Source: Psilocybe cubensis
Lineage: Eukaryota
Length of the DNA: 64,000 bases
Direction of reading: 5' to 3'
Assembly: GCA_017499595.2 (NCBI GenBank)
Contig: CM039010.1
Location: forward strand, 186,001 to 250,000
The translations under genes were made by a program, and so were the position numbers. Positions 49,605 through 59,816 of the stretch are shown in pieces. The notes beneath the pieces are model-generated. The model was not told where the DNA came from and ran no database searches. It saw only the letters and a list, made by a program, of their open reading frames with translations. Within the stretch, counting starts at the first letter, position 1, and each line of letters begins with the position of its first letter.

Positions 49605-52600
49605 ATGCCGAAGGTCATCTGTACCTGCAGTATTTGCATTTTGCACTCCTATTCACACAATGGTATTGATCATCAAGGTCAATATGTTGACACTTCTACT
49701 CGTTTGAGACACGAGAAACGAGACCTTGAAAAGAAATCATCGCAATCACCATTGGTCAGAATAATCTCTTTTTTAATCTTTTTGGCATATGAATCTTATT
49801 TGGAGATTTAGCCTGTGCCCAATGCCACAACCTTAGCAAACTTAGGAAAGAAATCTAAGCCAAATGCAAAAGCCCAATGTAAGTTTAAACAAACATGAAT
49901 CAATATGTCTGAGCAGGATAGTAAATTGATAAGCATGTTCATAGCTGTGACCTTTTCGACGGACTTAGTTGTCAAGATTATTTGTGTCTTTCTTATTTGG
50001 CTGCATACCCGTGGTCGGATCAGCCGCTCTCTGACAAACAAGATGCTGGTTGTGATCCAGTTAATACTGTCAACACTTTTGCTTGCCATCGAGACTAGTC
50101 TTTTTACTGCAGGAATCAATGTCTCATTAAACCGGGTGAAACTACCCAAAGACATCCGCACTGCATACCACAAACATTGCATTGACCCCGAAATTATACG
50201 CACTATCTGTTGTCCTAAATGTTTCTCTTTGTTTGGCGTTGTAGATGGAACAGCGCCATCTCGTTGCTTTTGGAAAGGATCACCCCGGTCACGGCCTTGC
50301 AATACAGACTTATTTTGCTTACAAAATACTCGAAAGGGGCTCAAGTCTGTGCCATGCATGGTGTACAATACGCAGTCATTCCGCTCTTGGATACAGTTTT
50401 TTCTATCTCGTGAAATCATTGAAACAACTTTAGAAAAGACATTTCGACACAATCTTGATAATTCTACACCATATGGTGCTGATATGCGGGATATTCAGGA
50501 TAGTCCAGGTTGGCGTGATCTCAACAGCGGCTTTAGGTCTCCTCGCAATCTAAATTTTGGGATTTATATCGACTGGTTCAATCCGTTTACCAATAAAATT
50601 GCAGGAAAAACCTCTTCATGTGGTGCTATTGTGCTATATTGTCTCAACCTTCCAATCCATCTTCGATATAAACCCGAAAATACCTTTATTATTGGTCTTA
50701 CTCCACCTCCTCGTGCACCAAACATGATTACTATTTGCCATCTTCTCGAACCGGTTGTGAATACACTTGCCGAATTTCAAGCTCCAGGAATTGAAATCCC
50801 CACATTTCAACATCCACATGGTGTTTTTGTTCAGGCCAAGCTTGCACCTCTTATTGCCGACCTAGAAGCTGCTTGCAAAGTTGCTGGGTTTCTAAACCAT
50901 AGTGCCGATATGTTTTGCTCCTTTTGCCTGTGCACACTAAAAAAACACCTGGAAGATTTGAACTACAGAGCCTGGCAATACCGCAATGGAGTTACTGTTC
51001 GCTCGGAAGCTCTGCAATGGAAAAATTTAATCACCAAAAAGGATCGCAAAGCTTTAGAAACCATGAATGGAGTTCGGTGGACACCTTTGCACGCGCTACC
51101 ATATTGGGATCCTGTAAAACATGTGGTTCTAGGTTATTTGCATAATTGGCTTGAAGGCATTTTGCAACATCAATTGCGGAATTTATGGGGTATAGGCCGA
51201 GACGACAAAGAAAAAGCTAGAAACAAAGAATTGGAGACTGAGGAACTATGGAATAATGATGATTTATCTGATTCTGCTTCTGAACTGGATGATATTATTG
51301 CGGACAATCGCGTTTTTGGCCAGGATTTCAATACAATGGATATTGATTCGGAACCACAATCTATTCCTATGTCTACAACTCCCTCCTATGCATCCTCTTC
51401 ACGCTCTACTACACCAACTGCTACAACATACAGTCTTCCATATGTATTTGCAGATAATGCTACAGATGAAGAGGACGATGACTCGGATGATCCTGATTAT
51501 ATTCCACCCGGTGATATCATCTTTTTCAACTTTACAGAATCTCAACTAGCAGCAATCCGAACTGGTATTCATAATATCTCGCTTCCCACTTGGGTGGATC
51601 GGCCACCATCCAATTTAGGAGAACCAAGCCATGGAAAACTCAAGGCACAGGATTATTTGACACTTTTTTCAACAATTTTTCCGCTCATTATTCCAGAATT
51701 ATGGTATCCTTCATTGGACACATCAGCTGAACACCAATACCTCCAATCATTTTATCATCTTGTGGCAGCCACCAATATAATCTCGTCATATAAAACCTCA
51801 AATGCAGAGGCGGACAAATATACTGAGCATTATGTGCAGTATAGAGCAACCATTCAGCATCTTTTCTCTTACCGACAATCCAAGCCAAATCACCACTATG
51901 CTATGCACAATGGAGATTTACTCAAATACTGGGGGCCTTTGGCATCATTTAGCGAGTTCCCGGGTGAAAGACTGAATGGTCTTTTACAAAAAATAAATAC
52001 AAATGGCAAAAAGCGTATGTGAATATCTCTATATAGCTACTATTTTATTAAAGCAACTGGTTTTTAGGTCAAATGGACTTAACAATGCTTCGCCAAATGA
52101 GTCGGGAATCTCGTATCACTGCACTTTTGCATGATACAAATGATTTAGAACCCCTTGCAAATATCATTGACCCTCCAAGCTCAGACATTTTTGGGACGAG
52201 CACAAACCAAACATCCCAAAGAATTTTAACAGAGAAAAAAATTTCAGCTGCACTCGTTAATGGACATCGGGTCACATCTACAGGATCATTATTTACTCTC
52301 CAACATTATCACTCTATTCTTTTTTATCTTCGTCTTACCGGACATCCATATCGGGAATATGACTCTTTTCCACATCCACAAAATGCACTCGTCCTTTCTC
52401 CCGTAGCCCAACCATTGCATCAATTCAATCGCGAGGGCCAGACATTTAGTTGTCGGGCATCACACATTGGGAACAGTGCTGTACAATTCCGCAATCCATT
52501 GAACCATCAGATCATTACAGGTTTTATTGAAAGTATTTGGCAGCTTCTTCTTCAATCGACTCTTCGAATCTTCATATCAATTTGTCCCCACCGTCCACTA

Positions 52601-52810
52601 CCACTCGAGGAAGAAGCTCTTGGTCCATATCTCTCTAAACCAGAATTTCAAACACGTATCATGGATGCCAAACCAGGGGAATCAACTATTATAGTTGAGC
52701 CTGACCATATTATTACCCATTTAACAACATACACACGACCTATAGGTACCTATAGTATTCCTAGAGAGACCCTTATTGTCTGTTGGTCGTTGAATCGAGG
52801 CCGACGATGA
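49605..52810 (+). CDS. tnp2/Transposase_21-like DDE transposase, multi-exon
   Basis: N-terminal CxCxxC..H exon, CCPKC..C..C zinc motif, DIQDSPGW, YIDWFNPF, CLNLP..RY..EN, IADLEA..KVAGF, FCSFC, LHNWLEG, GKLKA, PNHH...H, FPGERLNG; ORFs 49905-52022 and 52073-52810 are uninterrupted. Confidence 0.9.
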
Positions 52811-53170
52811 TGTAGATGTAGTTTGCAATTGAAATTAGTCGTCTGTTCCCGTAGATCACATGACTACACACGCACCTGTTGATAATGACAATAATTCTTT
52901 TGTTTTCACCCCTACTATCCAGCCCATTGCGGGCCTGTTTGAAAATCTAGGAGACACATCTCCCAGATTTCCAAACATGCCAAAAGTAGCTACTCTGCTA
53001 CTATTGTTGCCGCCATTTGCCATCACCCTCGCTATCGCTGTCACTTCGCATCCACGCAATTCCTTCGATGCAACAAGCAGCATCACCGCTGCCCGTCTTG
53101 CTTGCCACCGTCCATAGGCTCGCCCACCCCTTCACGTCCTGCAACCTCTGCCTCTTCCCAATCCCGTCGA

Positions 53171-53505
53171 CACCTCAAATGTCGCTGGGTACATCTCCTC
53201 TAGCTCTTCGTAGGCAAGATCAAGCGCAGCTTCATCAACGTTGTCTACAACTGACAGTTCCTTGATGTATGCCTCAAGCCGGGTGACTTTGTCTTTGGCC
53301 GACGTGACAATGAAGTCAACTACATTCACGTCCGACGGCTCCGCCTCACCGCGTACAATGTAAATATCAATGTGCAGCCGGATTTCAATGTCACGCTCAG
53401 CAATCAATTGCAGGAATGGACTGCACTCGGTGTGATTAGCTGGCGCCATGGATGTGATATAGATAAACGATGAACCTTTCCGGAACCGTTCTTGCCTAGA
53501 AGACC
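53171..53505 (-). pseudogene. captured fragment of ABC-F ATPase gene (ARB1/ABCF2-like) with its intron
   Basis: GLLGKNGSGK (Walker A), then GTTCAT..GCTAAT..TGCAG intron (53475-53421), then FLQLIAERDIEIRLHIDIYIVRGEAEPSDVNVVDFIVTSAKDKVTRLE...AYEELEEMYPATFEV. Confidence 0.8.
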
Positions 53506-54339
53506 AGTTTTCCCTTGCCACTGCCATCCACGGTCTTTCCCATCCCTTCATGTCACGGCAAGCACTGCTCGTCCTGCCGCCTCCACCTCCATCTATGCCC
53601 GGTTCCATCAGCACAACGAGCAGCGGCGAGGCTGCTCGTTTTGCATCTCACTTCCATCCCCTGTCCCTTCACGCCACGACAAGCAGGTTGTTGTTCTGCC
53701 TCCACCTCCACCCACACCCAGTTCCGCCAACACAATAAGCAGCGGTGACGCTGTTTGTTTTGCTTGTCACCGTTCCCATCCCTTCACGTCACGATGAGTA
53801 GCGGCAAGGCTGCTTGTCCTACTTTCTTTTCCTCCACCCTTGCCCGGTTCCATTGACACAACGAGTAGCTTTATTGCTGCTCGTTTTGGTTGCCACCACC
53901 ATCCCCGTCCTTTCACATCACAATAAGCAGCCTCGCTGCCGCCTCTGCCTCCACCACCATCCCCGTCCCTTCACCTTATCCACCTCCACCAACTCCCAGC
54001 TCCGCTATCCCTGTCCCTTCACTTCACAACGAGAAGCTTTGCCGCTGCTCGTTCTCCTTGTCTGCCTCCATCCACACTTGGCCCTGGCTCCGTTGACACA
54101 ACAAGCGGTGGCACCGCTGCTCATCCTGCCGCATCTGTCTTCACCCGTGCCTAATGTTCCATAAATATTTTTTTGTTATTACATTCTTTTCTATAAAATA
54201 CAACAAAGTGAAGATAGCATAGATGTTGCCCAGCAACAGTAAGAAAATAGAAAGCTGAGCATAAAATGAGATGCATAGTCTGAGCATAAATGGAAGTAGC
54301 ATAGCTGTAGCTTGAGGACAGTGACTGAATGTGAAAAGA

Positions 54340-56175
54340 TTAAGCAGAATCATTGGCATACATATCTTCGTCGCCATTATTGAGAGGCGCCTCCTGTCCA
54401 ATGACTCTGCTATCATTGTTAAATTCTTCATCTTCATTGAGAATGTTGTCCTCTGGCCCCCTCATTGTAGCATTCTCTACTTCACCCAATTCATCCTCAC
54501 TGCCAGACGACTCGTCTTCCTCTGACATATCTGGGCTTCCGTCCTGGTACCGCTTAATCTCCTTTTCGGTAGGAAGGTTGTAGTCGAGTAAAACATCATT
54601 CCCATATTTCCTCATAAATCGTTTCTCGCTCATATCCTTCCAGGTCCCGCATTTTGCCCAAGTGTCACAATATTCAGGTAATGGCAACGCAACATATGCA
54701 CCTCCTGATGCCTCAAGATACTTGATGCGAATTCGAATGGGAAGTTTGTTCCATTCATCTGGTTCAAACAAGTCAATAGGTCCTGACTTTGGAAGTTTCG
54801 TGAACTTTGAGGGAATAAACTCTTCGGGCATCTTTCGTGTTCGGAATGCTCTAATATTATTATACCATTATACATTTGTTAATATTTACAACATAAATTC
54901 AACAAAAGAAAAACACATACATTGCATTGGGACGTCGGCCCACCTTATTCAAAGTAGATTCTTGATTTCTCTCTGATAACATTCTGAAAAACGCGGTCGC
55001 CTTTTTTGATCGGAATGGGACAGTCTTGATCTTGTAATATTCTTCTGTTCTAGGAGTACCCTCAGTGATTACGGTGTCCTTGCAGTATTCGTCATCTGAA
55101 TGAGCATCATTTGAATCGACTAAGGCCCTGGTGCGATTGTTGAACATGAAGTCATTAAGAACATTTAGCCTTTGCTTTCGTAGCTAGGCAAAGTAATTGA
55201 TAAAATTAGTCTTGTATAAATATAGATAGAAAACTGATATCTTACCTCTTTTCGACGTGAATAAACTCCCTTCATTGTATTGTCCCTCGCAAGCGCACCA
55301 GGAGATTTTGCCTCAAGTTTTGCATTTCCATGCATATACGAAAAAACAAAGCTCCGGTAAAGTTTGCGAAGCAAAGTATGATTTCCAGATGCAGAAGCAT
55401 CCACACCGAGACTACTGTATCCATATGATAAAAGCACTTGTTCAAATGTCACCAGTGCAATATGTTCGTGGAGAAGATTATACGCAGTTCCAGGTCCATT
55501 TCCAAGAAGATCAGGTGCCCATTTCCGAAGGCCCATTGCGGCAACAGTGCGAAACATCAGAAGAAGGTCAGATTCAGCCATACGGCGGATTCTGGATGCA
55601 ATAGTTCCAGATGATGGTAGGTTGGAAAGAAAGTTGTCGACCACATTGCGTGCAGCATTGATATTGACAGAATTATCATCTAGGCTGGACATGACAGATA
55701 CACGAAGAGCACTAGACGAGGTTGCATCTGACGGATTAAACCTCTTATTAAATGCTGCTCTGTCATCCGGAGTAACGGTAGGGGGAACAGCATTTTGGCT
55801 TGCTAAACGCCACAGAATACGAATGTGAAGCTCGAGCGCAGACTGATGGAGCAAAGTTAAAATCGAACAAAAGTATATTCACACTTAACATACCTTGATA
55901 TTTTTATCTGTTGCTTTTATATCGGATTTTCGCAAATGATAGTCACTAGGCTTTTTAGGCCTTTTGGGACGAGATGGTAAGGGAGCAATTATACGGGACT
56001 TCTTGGAACTACTAGGACCACTTGCAACCGGCTGAGTATCGGGCTCCTTTCGCTTTTTTGAAGATGATCCCAATGCAGGTGTGGGTGAATGTGCTTGATG
56101 TTGAGTTTGTGGTTGGACCAAGGTGTGCGATGGTGATTGATCCATTTGAATGTCTTGACCTGAACTACTTGCCAT
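54340..56175 (-). CDS. transposon accessory protein of unknown function, multi-exon
   Basis: ORFs 55885-56175 (NLS-like KKRK, KRPKK), 55165-55854, 54899-55147 and 54340-54831 (acidic tail), separated by intron-sized gaps with GT..AG; lies inside the CACGG TIRs, convergent with the transposase. Confidence 0.75.
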
Positions 56176-59100
56176 TCAGAAAATTGGGGGTGGAAGCAAA
56201 AGCTGAACTGTGGAATGCGCCTTTGACCCCCAAAACCATGTGTCTAAGCCATGCTTTGATTGCAAATTGGGTAGCAAATCGCGTTGCAGAAATCCCCTTT
56301 GTTCAAAGGCGCGGTGCTAATTAGTCACATGACATAAGCAACGCGTCTCTGGTCTAGGTCACGGTGTCACCTTGGATCACGGGAGATTTCCAAGGCAATG
56401 ATGATGCAATCTATCAGCCATTTTGAACTTTGGCTCCGGCATTGCGTCATTGTGACCGGTAAACGGCACGGAGGAGGTTTTTTACCCAACCCCAAAAGGA
56501 GTAGACAGAAAATTAATATATTTTGGTTTAAATATTTATTGTTATTGGGAAAAAACGTGTACCAAATTTCAACCGTGACGGGCACGGTTGAAATTTGACC
56601 GTGCTGGCTTTTGCCCCCCGTGTTACATGCACTGACATGCACTGACATTTCTTGTTGCCCAGCTGAAACAATGCCTGAAACGGTTGGAGATCATCACCCA
56701 GATTACCGTGGCAGGCAAAATGGACCCATGGATGCTCCCTAAGTCCTTGAAGAACTGCATCCCGAGTGGCTTCCTTTCCAATGATAACCTTGGCAGAGTC
56801 GCTAAGCTGTTGAATGATTTTCACTTCCTCACCTACGTGTTGTAGTGCATCATCAGGGTGGCCCACGACGAGCAATGTGGGAGCTTTGCGCCGAATGATA
56901 TTTGACCGTGCTCTAATTAATGCGGAGAGTGTAGGTGTATAGGAGGACGTGTAGAGATCTGGGAGATTTCTTTCCCCCCCTCTGTACGGACCTGCGGCAT
57001 GGAGAGGAAGCGAGCAAAGCTCTGATGTCGGGCACCACCAAATGCGAGACCTGTGGGGCACTCCAGGTTGGCTGATTATCGGGTGCACAATTTTATCCCA
57101 GAGAAAACGCAATACGCCAATGATCTTGAAGTTCGGTAAGTTGGACCTGTGGCAAGGGAACTAGGATAGGAGAAGTGTTGTTTAGCAGAATGATTGCGTC
57201 GCAGCGGTAACTGCTGATGTTAATGATTATTACTGGTCCCTCAGCGGCAGCTGAGCAAAGGTCGGTGAACAAATTTGATTGCAAAAAGTTCTCAAAACCC
57301 TCCATTCGACGAATTTCTGCCACTACATCCTCTCGCTCTTCCGAAAGAATACGATGTCTCCTCATTTGGGCATCAAAAGCAATGGCTGATGTTGGCTTTT
57401 CGTCTAATGCACCCGGGCCCTTCCCGGAGAGCAATACGAGATGTTCCAGCTCGGCGCTAATAGTCTCCAAACGATCAGCAAGCACCCCACCGCCCTCGAC
57501 CTGACGGAGCTGCTCAAGTGGATATGAAAAAGAATTTACTTTTGACCAAAGAATGGATCTTCCTTGCTCTAACAATTCCACCGCAAGCTCTAAATCTCCT
57601 CCATCAATAGAAGCAGAAGCCGCATCAGAAGCAATTGACTTCGGGGCGAGGGTTGTCCTGGAAGCTGTGGCAAGGAATCTTTGCTGAGATTCAACATTGG
57701 GAAGAAAAGTCAAGCAACGGTTTAGGAGACTCAGTGAGGATCTACACGCCAACAGCAGAGTGTGGTGATGATATTCTTGCGCTGCCTCTGTCCAGTGGTG
57801 AGCTGCTCTAAGCCGATATTCAGCAAAAGACATAGCATCGTTGGTCCCCTGTTCATACAACTGGAAGGTCTCTTCGCAGTCTTCCTGTCTTTTACATCGT
57901 TGAAGGCGAGTCCATAAAGCATCCGCAAGATTTAAAAGGGAAAGGCAACGATTTGGATAGTCTGGCGGGCAAAGGCTGATTGCGTCACGGTGAAAACCAA
58001 TTGCGTCATCCAGATCTTCCATTTTGTTCAACCGCTTATAGCGGGCAAGCAAGGCATTGGCAAGGTTCATGAGAGACATTGGACGGTCGGGGTTTCCAAC
58101 AGGTCGGAGTCTAAGGACTTCACGATGGGATGAAATCGCTAGGTCTAAGTCCTCCATACAATTGAGCTTCCAAAAACGGGAAAAAAGAGCGCTGGCGAGA
58201 TTCATAAGTCCGAGGTAGTAAATTGGGTGACCTGAAGATGTGATATCGAGCGCTTCTTTGCACATTGAGATGCAATCCTCCAAGTTCTGAAGGTTTCCCC
58301 ATCGTCCATACCGATTGAAAAGTGATGATGCAAGATTTAGAAGGGATTGCGCCCGGTTTTTGCTTCCAGGCGGATATAGATTTAGCGCGCTAATGTGAGA
58401 TAAAATGGCCTCTTTCAGATCCTCGACCCTGCCTAGTCTCTCATAACGGATACGTAGGCAAGTTCCAAGGTTCATAAGAGTCATTGCACTAGCCGTTTCC
58501 CCCCCACCTGGATGCTGGATTCTGAGTGCGTCACGGTTATTTGCAATGGCAGACTCTAGATCTTCCACCCTTCCCAAACGTTGATATTGACAAATCATAA
58601 CCCCCGCAAAGTTCATGAGGCTCAGTGGGCGATCTGGGTGATTTGGAGGTAGAATTCCAAGTGAATTGCTGTACAGCGAGATGGCATCTTCTAAGTCCTT
58701 CATTTCTCCAAGTTGGTGATATCTGTCCCGAAGTACAACAGCGAGGTTCATAGAAATTGCGGCTTGGTCTGGGTGACCAGGAGAGATACGACTTTGGGCT
58801 TCCCGTGAGAATAATACAGCATCCTCTAAATCCTTCATGGCCCCTAGGCGTTCATACCTACTACGAAGACAACACCCAAAGTTAGTGGCGGCCATAGGAC
58901 GGTCTGGATGGCCTGCAGGGCAGAGTTTGAGTACCTGACGATGCATTTTGATGGCTTCCTCCAAATCTGATATATTACCCAGTCTGTCGTATCGAATATT
59001 AAGGGTACCAGCAAAGTTTGCGAAGAACAGGTGGTACTCGGGTTGATCGGACTGACTGGTGTGCAGGGCTTCACGATGTGATGAGACGGCACCTTCGAGA

Positions 59101-59816
59101 TCTTTCATGTCTCCCAGGCGCTCATATCGCGTACGAAGAGCCGTACCAAAGTTGAGTAAGGTCATTGGACGGTCTCGGTTTCCTGGGGGACGTAGGGCAA
59201 TTGCACTCTGGAACGCCAATATACTATCCTCTAGGTCCCCTATCCTACTGGATTGTTGATAACGGGTGAACAGAAAATTTCCAAGGTCTGTTAACACATT
59301 GGAGCGATATGGGTGAGTAGGGGAGCCGATTCTAAGCACCTGTCGGTAGATGGCGATGGAATTGTCGAGATCCATCACGTCAACAGGCTGGAGCTAGTAA
59401 CAAACCTGGTGAGTTTGCCAGAATTACAGGATCTGAGAAAAAATGGTAACGTACACAATGTCCTCACTCTTATCTCTTCAGCATACAACGCAGGATACTT
59501 GGGGGTTGTTATATCATTTTGTGCCAAGACCTGTGGGAAAGGAAATTGGTGATTCATCTCCAACCAAAAACACAAGTACAGGCTGTCAGAACGACGCGCT
59601 GGAACTGTCTTAGGATTGTTGGGCTGTCGAAACTGTGTAAGGCGCTTTAAAAAGCTCGTTGAGTCACGAGATCCTTTCCGCTTCGCTGACAGTTCAGACA
59701 CCACTGGGTTAAGCAAACGCACTGCCATCCATGTCAGACATCATGCTGTGTTCAAGGCAAATTCTTTCCACAGGTAATCATCTGTATCCATCGTGATAGC
59801 ACGCACCATTGAGTCA

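Larger units (their letters stand above)
49367..56622 (+). mobile_element. CMC/EnSpm (CACTA-superfamily) DNA transposon, apparently autonomous
   Basis: Termini CACGG...CCGTG, ~59-bp imperfect TIRs, 3-bp TSD TTA (49364-49366, 56623-56625); encodes a tnp2-type transposase and a second gene. Confidence 0.9.
48322..56660. mobile_element. non-autonomous TIR element (~1.08 kb excluding nested insert), MULE- or Merlin-like
   Basis: 9-bp TSD AGCTGAAAC at 48313-48321 and 56661-56669 (single copy in duplicate A); termini GGGCA...TGCCC with inverted AAATGTCAGTGCA; arrays of TGTCAGTGCA; no ORF. Confidence 0.85.
44544..57304 (+). repeat. segmental duplication copy B (interrupted by the 48322-56660 insertion)
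   Basis: Matches 31926-36380 once the transposon and one TSD copy are removed. Confidence 0.95.
47952..59728 (-). pseudogene. TPR-CHAT protease gene, copy B, disrupted by nested transposons and a 32-nt frameshifting deletion
   Basis: ORF 57093-59378 has 11 tandem ~45-aa TPR-like repeats and LAVELLEQGRSILW; CHAT His half (HFACHG) at 56661-57112; Cys half (AFLSAC...WVMFVHIGA*) at 47952-48321. 5' end (59728) is tentative. Confidence 0.9.

Noticed and set aside
49808-50452. 214-aa minus-strand ORF
   Set aside because: Antisense to the transposase exon, with no independent support.
48322-56660. One CACTA-transposase element with an anomalous 9-bp TSD
   Set aside because: Inner CACGG/CCGTG TIRs with their own TTA duplication explain it better as nesting.
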